From assembly GCA_963663225.1 (NCBI GenBank), contig OY760142.1, positions 2,432,001 to 2,496,000 of the forward strand: a DNA stretch of 64,000 nucleotides. The letters are read 5' to 3'. The notes under the pieces were generated by a model. It was not told where the DNA came from. It worked only from the letters and a program-made list of their open reading frames with translations, and made no database searches. The stretch is from Nitrospirota bacterium (GTDB lineage: Bacteria; Nitrospirota; UBA9217). This document shows positions 43,567-53,509 of the stretch, one piece after another. A program made the translations under genes and the position numbers. Each line of letters starts with the position of its first letter. The stretch's first letter is position 1.

Positions 43567-44169
43567 CTATTTTCCCGGGAACTTTTTCATTGCACTTTTG
43601 AGATGCATGCTCATGTCTTCGAAGGCATGAAGCATATCAAGGTACGTCGAAGATGCCAATGAGCAGCATTTTGCATTTACAAGACGCACTTCATGCAAGG
43701 TTGAAAATTCGATGGTCATACGGGCGATTGCATCGCTTACGGCAATAACGCTTTCTATGATTGCTTTTTCTCCGGTTACCGCTGCATCACCTGCTTTTTT
43801 GAGAGCGTCCTGAACGTTCGCGAACAATTGTTGAGCTTCGGTGATGGCCTTATCGGTAAACAACACGCTTCCCTTAATCCGTTTGCGGATATTTTCAATT
43901 AGGCGCATGGTGCTGGTTGCTATGCATTTGATGTGTGAGGGGACAACCAGCAGAGACCGTGCCTCTTCGTTTGTTGCCGCCATTTTTGCGAGAGACGCAA
44001 TAATCTGCACTTCTTTCGCCTGGATTTCCTGTGCGAGTTCATCTGCCTGGCTTAGGGATGAAAGTTTATTTTTTGAAAATGCATCTTCTGCAAGGCCTAC
44101 GAGTTCCCGTACTTTGTGCAACGTCAGGTACATATCATGCTTGATGTCTTTCAAACTTTGTTCCGCCAT
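43567..44169 (-). CDS. stand-alone PhoU-like helical protein
   Basis: All-helical tandem repeat; LFTDKAITE and HEVRL...C...ASSTYLDML resemble the cytosolic domain of Na/Pi cotransporters; SD AAGGAGG. Confidence 0.65.
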   Translation of the reverse strand: MAEQSLKDIKHDMYLTLHKVRELVGLAEDAFSKNKLSSLSQADELAQEIQAKEVQIIASLAKMAATNEEARSLLVVPSHIKCIATSTMRLIENIRKRIKGSVLFTDKAITEAQQLFANVQDALKKAGDAAVTGEKAIIESVIAVSDAIARMTIEFSTLHEVRLVNAKCCSLASSTYLDMLHAFEDMSMHLKSAMKKFPGK

Positions 44170-44349
44170 GAATACATCCTCCTTCGTTTAACGTATCGGT
44201 AATAGAAATGCTGGTGTGCAAGTATACAGCAGAAAAATCGTCGTCATTTTAACATATTTTGATTATTTTCACAGGTTTTTTCTTGACTTCAGCAAAAGCC
44301 GCTGGTATAACCTGAACTATATCCATATCTCCTGTTTCTGGAGCTGGTC

Positions 44350-45615
44350 ATGCCTTTTTTTGCCGGAGAAATATTCGTTAGTGACGTTCATAAGAAGCCG
44401 GTGCTTGATCAGACCGGAGAGGAAATTGGAAGACTCAAAGACATTATTGTGGGCATTGGCGAACCCTTTCCTGCCGTTACCTTCCTTGTCGTCGCCTCCG
44501 GCACCAACCTGTACCTTCTTCCCTGGGACCGCGTCAATCTTTTCAGCAAACGCGTTATTACGGCCAATCTTCGGGCAAACGACCTTACGGCGACTTCACC
44601 CTCATCAAATGATATTCTGATCTGTCGGGACCTTCTGGACAAGCAGATAGTAGACATCAACGGCGCCAAACTGGTACGGGTCAATGATCTGGAACTCGGA
44701 GATGTAAACGGTAAACTCTGTCTTGTTGCAGCAGACATCGGTCTGAGAGGTCTGCTGCGCAGACTTGGTGTGGAAAAAAAAGGCGAGCAGCTGCTAGCCT
44801 TTTTAAAATATAAACTGCAGCATAAGCTTATTTCCTGGCATTATGTTCAAACCATCGAACCGAAAGTTGCACGGCTTACCTTGACGGTCTCCGGGAAAAA
44901 GGTCTCCAGCATGCATCCCGCTGACCTTGCAGAAATCATCAGCGAAGTGTCCCAGAAGGAGCGGACAGCTATATTCGGCACACTCGATGTCGATACGGCG
45001 GCCGAAGCCCTGCATGAGCTGGAACCGCGCGTTCAGGTGGATATTATCGACGATATGTCCAAGGAACGGGCGTCAGACATTTTGGAACGGATGCCGCCTG
45101 ACGAAGCAGCGGATGTGCTTGGCGATCTCCCCGAAGCCAAAGCACAGGAACTTATTAATCTCATGGAGAAGGAAGAAGCAGAGGACGTGCAGGAGCTTCT
45201 GGAGCATGAAGAAGACACCGCGGGCGGTCTTATGACCACCGAGTATCTTGCGTATCCTCCGGACATGACCGTAGAAGAGGCAATCAAAGAGCTTCGACTT
45301 GAAGCACCGGACGTGGAAACTATTTACTATCTCTACGTTCTGGACAAAGAAGAAAAGATTATAGGAGTGCTATCGCTCAAACATCTGATTCTTGCTTCAT
45401 CGCATACGCTCTTGGGCGATATTATGATTACCCCCCCCAAGACACTCCCCCTTGAAGCAGAGAAAAAAGATGTCGCAGAGTTTATTTCCAAGTATAATCT
45501 TCTTGCTGCTCCGGTGGTTGATGAAAACATGGTCCTAAAAGGGATTGTGACCGTGGATGATGTGCTGGATTTCCTCCTGCCGACGGCCTCCCGCAAGAAA
45601 CGACGAAAAAGGTAA
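44350..45615 (+). CDS. soluble PRC-barrel + MgtE_N + CBS-pair protein (MgtE cytosolic part, no TM domain)
   Basis: DKQIVD..G...RVND, HPADLAEII, TAGGLMT, GIVTVDD; no hydrophobic segment. Confidence 0.88.
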   Translation: MPFFAGEIFVSDVHKKPVLDQTGEEIGRLKDIIVGIGEPFPAVTFLVVASGTNLYLLPWDRVNLFSKRVITANLRANDLTATSPSSNDILICRDLLDKQIVDINGAKLVRVNDLELGDVNGKLCLVAADIGLRGLLRRLGVEKKGEQLLAFLKYKLQHKLISWHYVQTIEPKVARLTLTVSGKKVSSMHPADLAEIISEVSQKERTAIFGTLDVDTAAEALHELEPRVQVDIIDDMSKERASDILERMPPDEAADVLGDLPEAKAQELINLMEKEEAEDVQELLEHEEDTAGGLMTTEYLAYPPDMTVEEAIKELRLEAPDVETIYYLYVLDKEEKIIGVLSLKHLILASSHTLLGDIMITPPKTLPLEAEKKDVAEFISKYNLLAAPVVDENMVLKGIVTVDDVLDFLLPTASRKKRRKR

Positions 45616-45656
45616 TTGTTTGCAATACATTCCTAGAAGCACAAACACCGTATGTC

Positions 45657-46898
45657 TTGAAGAGGAAGAGTTTCGTGTTTGATCGTAAGAAAATACTTGT
45701 TTTTCTCTCCGTTCTGGGCCCTGGTATTATCACTGCCAATGTGGATAACGATGCCGGAGGCATTGCCACATATTCGGTCGCAGGCGCGCATTTCGGTTAT
45801 TCACTTTTGTGGACACTGATACCTATTACGGTTGCGCTGATCGTCGTCCAGGAGATGGTTGCACGCATGGGAGTAGTAACTGGCAAAACGTTAGCGGACC
45901 TCATCCGAGAAAATTTTGGTGTGAAAGCTACCTTTTTTCTCATGCTGAGTCTTCTCATCGCGGATATGGGGAACACCGTTGCCGAATTTGCCGGTTGGGC
46001 CTCAGCCATGGAAATATTTGGTGTGAGTAAGTATATCTCTGTGCCAATAGGTGCTTTTGCGGTCTGGCTCCTTGTCGTTAAAGGTACCTATCGGTTTGTA
46101 GAACGTATCTTTCTCATTGCCTGCACCGTTTTTTTAACGTATGTAGTCTCTGCTTTTTTGATCCGTCCGCCATGGGGCGAGATTCTGGTCAACACGGTAA
46201 AACCATCCTTCGATTTTAACCCGTCCTATCTCATGATGCTTATCGGCGTGGTTGGTACGACCATCGCCCCTTGGATGCAGTTTTATTTGCAGTCTGCCGT
46301 CGTGGAGAAAAATATTAAGGTGGAAAACTATGGTGTATCACGCATGGATGTTATTGTAGGCTGTATTATGACAGACGTGATAGCCTTTTTCATCATTGTT
46401 GCCTGTGCTGCAACTATGTTTGTAAACGGCATCAAAATAACCGATGCAAAAGACGCGGCGGTCGCACTTGCCCCTCTTGCAGGGTCTCACGCCTCGGTTC
46501 TGTTCGCAATCGGTCTTGCAAACGCGTCGCTTTTTGCCGCCTCAATCTTGCCGTTGGCAACAGCCTATTATGTATGTGAAGGCATGGGATGGGAGTCCGG
46601 AATTGATAAGAACTTTAAAACTGCGCCGCAATTTATGTGGCTGTACACCGGGATTATCGCTGTAGGGGCCTTGATTATCCTTATTCCCAATGCGCCATTG
46701 GTGCCTATCATGCTCATCTCGCAGGTGGTAAACGGCGTCATGTTGCCGTTCGTACTAATCTTTATGCTTTTGTTGATCAACAACAGGGATATTATGGGGG
46801 AATATGTTAATTCACGCTTCTTTAACGTCATCGCATGGGCAACTGTTGTAGTTATGGTAACATTGACGCTTGTTTTAGTGGTGACGTCCTTCCTGTGA
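45657..46898 (+). CDS. NRAMP-related Mg2+ transporter (NRMT)
   Basis: GPG...DNDAGG in place of DPGN, GTTIAPW in place of MPH; multi-pass membrane protein. Confidence 0.85.
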   Translation: MKRKSFVFDRKKILVFLSVLGPGIITANVDNDAGGIATYSVAGAHFGYSLLWTLIPITVALIVVQEMVARMGVVTGKTLADLIRENFGVKATFFLMLSLLIADMGNTVAEFAGWASAMEIFGVSKYISVPIGAFAVWLLVVKGTYRFVERIFLIACTVFLTYVVSAFLIRPPWGEILVNTVKPSFDFNPSYLMMLIGVVGTTIAPWMQFYLQSAVVEKNIKVENYGVSRMDVIVGCIMTDVIAFFIIVACAATMFVNGIKITDAKDAAVALAPLAGSHASVLFAIGLANASLFAASILPLATAYYVCEGMGWESGIDKNFKTAPQFMWLYTGIIAVGALIILIPNAPLVPIMLISQVVNGVMLPFVLIFMLLLINNRDIMGEYVNSRFFNVIAWATVVVMVTLTLVLVVTSFL

Positions 46899-46908
46899 TC
46901 CGCATTCC

Positions 46909-47610
46909 CTATGGAGAAACGTTCTCATAAGAAATCACGTCCTTTACTCCTGCTTCCTTAAATCCTTTTAAACGCAACACGCAACTCTCGCATTTCCCAC
47001 ACGCCGTATCGCTGTTTTGGTAACAGCTCCAGGTGAGATGCAGCGGTGCACCCAGCGATGTGCCTGTCGTGACTATTTCCGATTTTTTCATGTGGATGAG
47101 AGGTGTAATGATGTCAATCTTGGTTTCCGGTTTGGTGCCGGTCTCAATGACTTTACTGAATGCCTGATAGAATATCTCCCGGCAATCGGGATATCCAGAA
47201 CTGTCTTCTTCAACAGCGCCGATGAATATTGCAGTGGCACCGATGACCTCCGCCCATGATACCGCGATGGACAGAAGGTGTGCGTTTCGAAAGGGAACAT
47301 ACGTCACCGGGATTGCATTTTTTTGAGTTTGCAGCGCAGCATGCTGAATGGTTGCCTCCGGAACGGAAATATTAGTGTCTGTGAGCGCCGACCCGCCAAT
47401 TACTTTTAAATGCTCAATGCTCACGATGAGCCGTTTTTCAGCCTTGTAAAAATCCGCAATATCGTTAAACGCGCGCAATTCGCGGGCTTCTGTTCTTTGA
47501 CCGTAATTGATATGCAGAAAGGCCGTTCGGTATCGTTCATGCGCAATTGCCGCTGCAACGCAGCTGTCCATGCCGCCGCTGACCAGAATGATGGCAAGAT
47601 CCTTTTTCAT
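46909..47610 (-). CDS. queC: 7-cyano-7-deazaguanine synthase
   Basis: SGGMDS, YGQR, TYVPFRN, YPDCR, TWSCY...CGKCESC. Confidence 0.95.
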   Translation of the reverse strand: MKKDLAIILVSGGMDSCVAAAIAHERYRTAFLHINYGQRTEARELRAFNDIADFYKAEKRLIVSIEHLKVIGGSALTDTNISVPEATIQHAALQTQKNAIPVTYVPFRNAHLLSIAVSWAEVIGATAIFIGAVEEDSSGYPDCREIFYQAFSKVIETGTKPETKIDIITPLIHMKKSEIVTTGTSLGAPLHLTWSCYQNSDTACGKCESCVLRLKGFKEAGVKDVISYENVSP

Positions 47611-47807
47611 GTTCCAAGTGTACCAGTCTAGAGAGCAAAATTCCACTGCTTTTTCCTTCAGATGGAAAATCATTAGACTTTTATCCTTATATAAGATATG
47701 CTTCCTTTGTGGATTGAAGAGAGTGTTTCAGCTCTAATGCGAGTCTTGCATGCTTTTCTGAAAAACTGTTTTTTGCGTTCATCAGAAGAATAAGCGCAAG
47801 AAAGGAC

Positions 47808-48335
47808 GTGATTATGGAAGCAGAATTAAATCGAAAAGTTTTTGAAGATTTGAGTTATGGATTGTATATCGTTTCTTCTTTTAATGCAGATCGTTTGAAT
47901 GGGCAGATTATCAATGCCGCCATTCAGGTTACATCCGATCCGCCAAGAGTAGCAGTGATCATCAATAAAAAAAATCTGACTCATGAATATATTCTCGCAA
48001 GCAAAGCATTTGCCATATCCGTACTGGAGGAGACAGCGCCCTTGACTTTTTTCGGTCCATTTGGTTTTCGATCCGGCAGGGACATTAATAAATTTGCCAA
48101 AGTCCAGTTTAAAAAAGGAACTACCGGTTGCCCTCTGGTCATCGAACATACCCTTTCTGTTCTGGAGGCGAGGGTTATGGAGCAAATTGATTTGGGGACA
48201 CACACGATTTTCATCGGGGACACAGTGAGTTCCGAAGTCTTAAAGGACGGCAATCCGCTTAGTTATCAATACTATCGTGAAATCTTGAAAGGGAAATCGT
48301 CCATTAATAGCCCTACCTATATATCTGGAAACTAA
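47808..48335 (+). CDS. flavin reductase family protein (flavoredoxin-like)
   Basis: LSYGLYIV, FGFRSGRDINKF, GTHTIFIG. Confidence 0.88.
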   Translation: MIMEAELNRKVFEDLSYGLYIVSSFNADRLNGQIINAAIQVTSDPPRVAVIINKKNLTHEYILASKAFAISVLEETAPLTFFGPFGFRSGRDINKFAKVQFKKGTTGCPLVIEHTLSVLEARVMEQIDLGTHTIFIGDTVSSEVLKDGNPLSYQYYREILKGKSSINSPTYISGN

Positions 48336-48562
48336 TAGTGTGGCTTTGGCTGGGAAGATGATTGCTCGGGAAACAAAGTGAGCCGGTTCTTTTGTTTTGT
48401 CCGACCATTGCCGAATGCCTGCTTGCAACCACTATGACATAGAATCTCCGAGATTAATCAGAGAGGAATGCGGTAGATCGTGAGATGTCGCGTTAATCAA
48501 GGAAGGATTTCGCTGCTATCGGTAGAACACCACTGACTTTCGATGGCTCAAAAAAAATACTG

Positions 48563-49234
48563 TTAAGAAGTCAATTCGGCAAGCCGCTCAGCATTTTTTA
48601 TGATAAATTTCCCATCGCTATCGGTTACCAATCCGTCTTTTTTCAATTTGCTGAATGTTCTGATTGAAGTTTCAACAGTCGTACCGACCATATCCGCAAT
48701 GTCCTGCTTGGTCAGCCGCATGTCGATCAACATTCCTTCGGTCGTTTTCACTCCGACCTTGTCTGACAATTTAAGAAGAAGGGACGCTATCCGCGCTTCC
48801 ACTTTTTCAAGGGCGATATTTTTCAAAGAATCATGGGAATTTTTCATCCGGTCGCCAAGCCGAAGTGTGATGGAATACATGAAGTTTGGAAACTGATCAA
48901 TGAGACGGGCCAGATCTTGTCTGGATATTTTGATTACCTCGGTATCTTCCATCGCAACTGCATTGGCGGGGTAGGGAATATTTCGCAAAACAGCCACGCC
49001 GCCGAAAATATCCTGGGGAGAAATGATTTCGAGGATCAGTTCCTTGCCTTCATTCGAAAGTTTGGTAATTTTAACTTTTCCCTTCGCCACAATATAAAAC
49101 CATTCCGGCATGTCTCCTTCCGAAAAGATGTCTTCTTTTTTTCTAAACTCCGTTGTGCTGAGGTGAGGTTGAAGCCCTCTCAGCTCTTTATCGGTCAGAT
49201 TTTTAAAGAGGTCAATTTTTTTTAAATTTATCAT
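48563..49234 (-). CDS. Crp/Fnr family transcriptional regulator (no Fe-S cysteines)
   Basis: cNMP-binding fold, GKVKI, LTKQDIADMVGTTVETSIR HTH. Confidence 0.92.
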   Translation of the reverse strand: MINLKKIDLFKNLTDKELRGLQPHLSTTEFRKKEDIFSEGDMPEWFYIVAKGKVKITKLSNEGKELILEIISPQDIFGGVAVLRNIPYPANAVAMEDTEVIKISRQDLARLIDQFPNFMYSITLRLGDRMKNSHDSLKNIALEKVEARIASLLLKLSDKVGVKTTEGMLIDMRLTKQDIADMVGTTVETSIRTFSKLKKDGLVTDSDGKFIIKNAERLAELTS

Positions 49235-49273
49235 TTGTTGTTTACCGCACGTCCTGCCTATGTGGATTATGTG

Positions 49274-49903
49274 TCAGTAACCTTCTTTATTTCGAATGTT
49301 GATTTCATCCTGCAGCAATCTGTTGTAAATTTGAACCACCTGTTGTTCCGTGGAATCCGGCGTCCCCGTATTGTCGATAACATAATCTGCATATGCCCTT
49401 TTTTGCGCAAGAGGCATTTGGCTGCGTATTCTGGCTATGGCATGCGAGCGGGTAAACCCGTCACGCAGGAGAAGACGTGCTATCTGTTGCTCTTCCTCGG
49501 CATATACGACGACCGTTTTATCCATATTACGGTAATAACCTGTTTCAATAAGCAGGACTGCATCAAAGATGATTATCGCTGCGGGCTGTCGGTCGCGTAT
49601 ATGAGACACTTGGGCATGAAAGGAGTCAAAAACCTTCGGGTGCATACAGCGATTAAGCCATGCCCTTTTTTCAAGATCATTGAATACAATCTCTCCTAGT
49701 TTTCTACGATCAATGCATTTATCAGGGAGAAGAATGGCGGTTCCAAAATAATCTATCACCTCTTGGTTTGCAAGTTGACCGGGTTCTAAAAGTTCGTGTA
49801 CAATCCGGTCGGCATCAATAAGATGTGTGCCGAGTCTTTTGAATATCCTGGCAACGAGGCTTTTCCCGCTCGCAATGCCGCCGGTTAATCCTACTATAAG
49901 CAT
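49274..49903 (-). CDS. coaE: dephospho-CoA kinase
   Basis: GLTGGIASGKS, IDAD, RIRSQM. Confidence 0.95.
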   Translation of the reverse strand: MLIVGLTGGIASGKSLVARIFKRLGTHLIDADRIVHELLEPGQLANQEVIDYFGTAILLPDKCIDRRKLGEIVFNDLEKRAWLNRCMHPKVFDSFHAQVSHIRDRQPAAIIIFDAVLLIETGYYRNMDKTVVVYAEEEQQIARLLLRDGFTRSHAIARIRSQMPLAQKRAYADYVIDNTGTPDSTEQQVVQIYNRLLQDEINIRNKEGY

Positions 49904-49972
49904 CGGCTTTCTCTTTCCTTATGCCCGGACATTAAAAAGGACATTGTACGGATGAATATATCTTCGGCTCAT

Positions 49973-50653
49973 TTATATCATTCGTATTAAGGTGACTACG
50001 GTATTGAATACCCAATAGAGCATCCAGAGACTTTTTATTATACCACCGGTAAGAAAAACGAGGTAGTCCATATTCTCCGCAAGATAAACATAAATAAGGA
50101 GTGCGGAGAAAAAAATATTGAACAAATAAATAAGCGGGTAGGAGAAAAAAACGCCGTATTCATGAATATCTGTTTGGTCAGTTTGGAGGAAGATCAAGGT
50201 TAGCACGAGGTGAAAAGCGAACGTGGAGCCGGACAAAAATACCAGTACAATGATTACTGCGTCTTGAAGATTCGCGCTGCGTGCGAGCCAGTACAGGATG
50301 AGCGCAAGAAAGGTATAAAGCGGAAAGAAGTAGGGAGCGAGGGTGATAATAAAATTCGATTTCGTTATGGTAACGCGTCCGCCTCTGTTGCTTGCATGGA
50401 TAGATTTGACGGATCCGCCGAAAAGTACGGCAAAGAATGCATGGGTAAGCTCATGCCCCACAACATACGTAAGAATTGGTTTCTTAAAAAGTATATGAGC
50501 AACCAGATATGCAAGGCAACCGGCTGAAAAATAATAAGGAGTGCTTAATTTATATTGAACAGTTAGAAGGGTGGATCCAAACTGCCAGGTAAATCCGATA
50601 CAAAACGGAGCAAGTGCAATGCCGAACATAATTTTGAGTATTTTTTTTGTCAT
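49973..50653 (-). CDS. membrane zinc metalloprotease-like protein (M50B-like)
   Basis: TM segments, HELTH, LAPYFFP, QTD. Confidence 0.7.
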   Translation of the reverse strand: MTKKILKIMFGIALAPFCIGFTWQFGSTLLTVQYKLSTPYYFSAGCLAYLVAHILFKKPILTYVVGHELTHAFFAVLFGGSVKSIHASNRGGRVTITKSNFIITLAPYFFPLYTFLALILYWLARSANLQDAVIIVLVFLSGSTFAFHLVLTLIFLQTDQTDIHEYGVFFSYPLIYLFNIFFSALLIYVYLAENMDYLVFLTGGIIKSLWMLYWVFNTVVTLIRMI

Positions 50654-50724
50654 CGTTTACGGTATAGAAAAATGAGACTGAATCTTTCGACGCTTTAGGC
50701 CGGCAATTTTGGTTTAGTGCCTTT

Positions 50725-51084
50725 TTACAGTAGATTTTCAAGAAGAAACCTGGCCAGGAGATCGGTATCGGACAGCTTGTCGAGCAGTTCTTTTTTCTCA
50801 CCTAAAAATCCCGGTTCGACGATATACGCTGTATCCTTATAGATGATTGAGTCCATGTAAATTTCAGCGCGGATGGCCCTGAGGTCCTTTTCCAGTCGGA
50901 TCTGACCGACAAAGTTATTGGGATCGGCGCTGTCGTCCGCTGTTTTCAGAAAACGAAACGCCGGTTCCAATTCAAAGGTAGGATTGTCCTTGGATATAAT
51001 GGTTATTTCATTGCCGATCAGTTTTATTTTCCCTTCACTGATCAAAGCATCAAGAATATTTTGAGAAAAGAAAAGTTTATGCAT
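50725..51084 (-). CDS. conserved hypothetical protein
   Basis: Clean ORF in a minus-strand gene string; C-terminal helix SDTDLLARFLLENLL. Confidence 0.7.
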   Translation of the reverse strand: MHKLFFSQNILDALISEGKIKLIGNEITIISKDNPTFELEPAFRFLKTADDSADPNNFVGQIRLEKDLRAIRAEIYMDSIIYKDTAYIVEPGFLGEKKELLDKLSDTDLLARFLLENLL

Positions 51085-51174
51085 ATCAAAAAAACCTTGA
51101 GGACAGCATCATCTGAACGTAGTGCTGGCATGCAGAATAAATAATTATATCCTGCAAGGCAGCATCCGCATCTG

Positions 51175-52272
51175 TTAAACGGTTCTCTGCATTTTTATGA
51201 GAACAAAAGCTGAGGCAATTGCAAAAAATATATTTGCAAGCCATGCAGCAAGAATCGGCGGCAAGTGTCCTGAATTGCCGAGCGATTGGCCGATGCCCAT
51301 CAGCGTCAGGTACGCAAAGGCAATAAGAACGGCAAAAGCGATTCCTTTTGCCGTGCCGCCGGATCTGACCTTATGAAATGAGAAAGGAATTGAAATCAGG
51401 ATGACCAGTAGACTTGCAAACGGAAACGCAAGCTTGCTGTGCAGCTCAACCTCGTATTTGCCAGCCTCGTATCCGCTTGATTTCAATCGTTTCACATAGT
51501 CCCACATTTCACCGAAGCTCATTTCCTCGGAATCTTTTACGATTATTCCCAGATCGTCAGGATTGTCCACAATATTGAAAATTTCATTGTCTGAATTTCT
51601 GGTGCGGACACTATCGTTTGTAATGGTGGTCGTACGGCTTTTTTTCAGTCGCCATACTCCCTGGTCCCAGATAAGACTTTCCGCGGTTATCCGCTCATGA
51701 ATGGAGAAGTCAGGGTTCAGCTTGTAAATATTCAGTCCGCGCATTTCCGTGCGGTTTGGAGATATCAGATCGATGTTCGCGATGCTGTTGTTCGGACCTC
51801 TGAGCCAGAGCTTTGATTGCTGGAACATGACCTGCTGCTGCTTTTTTTCAATTTCAACGGAGCGTATATACGTGGCCCGCGAGGTGCAAACCGGCATGAT
51901 AAATTCATTGTTAATAAAACCAAAAATTGACACTAAGAGTCCTCCGGCGAGGAGCGGGGATACAATTTTGAACAAACTCACTCCACCCGCCCGCATGGCA
52001 ATGATTTCACTGTGTCCTGAAAGATTACCGAGGGAAAGAAGGGCTCCGATGAGTGTGGCCATGGGAAGCGACATGGAAATCATGACCGGCATGCTGTAAA
52101 GAAAATAGCGTGCGACCTGCAGAAGCGTCGCGTGGTGTTTGATAAGTCTGTCTGCTTTCTGCAGGAATTCGACGCAAAGATATACTACAAGAATGCACAG
52201 TAGCACACCTGCAACCAGTGAAATAAATTCTTTAAAAATGTATTTGCTGATCAACGTCATACCGGTATCCAT
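51175..52272 (-). CDS. lptG: LPS export ABC permease LptG
   Basis: YIFKE, SEIIAMRAGGVS, periplasmic beta domain, LPPILAAW. Confidence 0.88.
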   Translation of the reverse strand: MDTGMTLISKYIFKEFISLVAGVLLCILVVYLCVEFLQKADRLIKHHATLLQVARYFLYSMPVMISMSLPMATLIGALLSLGNLSGHSEIIAMRAGGVSLFKIVSPLLAGGLLVSIFGFINNEFIMPVCTSRATYIRSVEIEKKQQQVMFQQSKLWLRGPNNSIANIDLISPNRTEMRGLNIYKLNPDFSIHERITAESLIWDQGVWRLKKSRTTTITNDSVRTRNSDNEIFNIVDNPDDLGIIVKDSEEMSFGEMWDYVKRLKSSGYEAGKYEVELHSKLAFPFASLLVILISIPFSFHKVRSGGTAKGIAFAVLIAFAYLTLMGIGQSLGNSGHLPPILAAWLANIFFAIASAFVLIKMQRTV

Positions 52273-52313
52273 TTCTAAACAGGAGGCATTTGAAGCGGCT
52301 ATGCCTCGCCTGG

Positions 52314-53507
52314 TTATCCAAGCGGCGACTTGTTGGTTTTTACGATCCGTTTTCGTATATCAAAATACCACATCGCCAAGGTATTCATAATCATGAAATT
52401 GATATCGTGCCCTTTCTTAAGAACGAAGAGAAGAGCAACGAGCACCATGAGGATATTTGGTATTAAAAACGCCAGATAAGGGCGGACAGTGTTTGTTTCT
52501 GCGAGGTTGGTTGCCGAACCAAGAATGATATAATAAACGAGAAAAACCAAAAGAGCGATTGCGACACCGGCGGATTTTCCGGAACGGCTCTTCCGTATCC
52601 CCAGCGGGGCGCCGATCAACCCGAGAATGATGCAGGCGAAGGGAATCGTCACGCGCTTGTACAATTCCGTTTCAGCCGGGTAAGCCTGTTTGTTTTCTTT
52701 TTTTAAACGGCCGATTTCCTGGATGAGTTCTATTGTTCCAAAATCTCGATAATTTCTTTGCGGGGTGCCTTTTTGCAGAAGTGCACTGCTGATATCGAGG
52801 TAGAGATTGCCCCTGTCGAAATTCATGAATGTATAGGTCCGGTCGTCTTTCGGCTGCATATGAATTGAGCCTTCCTGCATGGCCAGCGTGACATTGAGCG
52901 ATTGCGGATCTGCGATGAGCTTTCCGTGACGAGCCACGACAGCAAAGGGCTCCTTGGAGGAACGCTCATCAGAGATGAAAATCCCGTCAAGTCTGTCCTG
53001 TGATTGCATTTTGTCTACATAGATGACCACGCCGTCAAAGGTGTTGTTGAATACGCCGGGTTCTACGCCTACCATTGCCCGGGACTTGACCATATTGAAC
53101 AGGTGTGACTTGAGGGCGGCGTCAGCGCCGGGCACCAGAGCAAGCGAGGTAATCATTGTCACGGTAAAACAGATCAATGCAAAAAAGAACACCGGACGGA
53201 TCATGCTGTACAGGCTGACGCAGGACGCTTTCATCGCTGTTATTTCCGAGTCGGAACTCAGCCGGGCAAACGCAGTGAGTGAGGCAATAACAAGTGACAT
53301 CGGGATGGTGATAACCAAAAAACCGGGGATTACGTATGCAAATACCTGAATAATGGACAGTAAAGACGCTCCTTTGGAGATAACGAGATCCGCAAGCCTG
53401 AAAATTTTATTCAGAAAAAGAACGAGCAGGAGCACCGTCATGCTGAGAAAGAACGGCGGCAGCATTTCCCTGAAGATATAGCGGTCCAGTATTTTAATCG
53501 ATGTCAT
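52314..53507 (-). CDS. lptF: LPS export ABC permease LptF
   Basis: LDRYIFRE, RLSSDSEITAMKAS, PGVFN. Confidence 0.88.
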   Translation of the reverse strand: MTSIKILDRYIFREMLPPFFLSMTVLLLVLFLNKIFRLADLVISKGASLLSIIQVFAYVIPGFLVITIPMSLVIASLTAFARLSSDSEITAMKASCVSLYSMIRPVFFFALICFTVTMITSLALVPGADAALKSHLFNMVKSRAMVGVEPGVFNNTFDGVVIYVDKMQSQDRLDGIFISDERSSKEPFAVVARHGKLIADPQSLNVTLAMQEGSIHMQPKDDRTYTFMNFDRGNLYLDISSALLQKGTPQRNYRDFGTIELIQEIGRLKKENKQAYPAETELYKRVTIPFACIILGLIGAPLGIRKSRSGKSAGVAIALLVFLVYYIILGSATNLAETNTVRPYLAFLIPNILMVLVALLFVLKKGHDINFMIMNTLAMWYFDIRKRIVKTNKSPLG

Positions 53508-53509
53508 GG

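Noticed and set aside
48336-48562. 227-bp gap between convergent genes as a possible ncRNA or small gene
   Set aside because: No convincing promoter, stable stems or motif-bearing ORF seen
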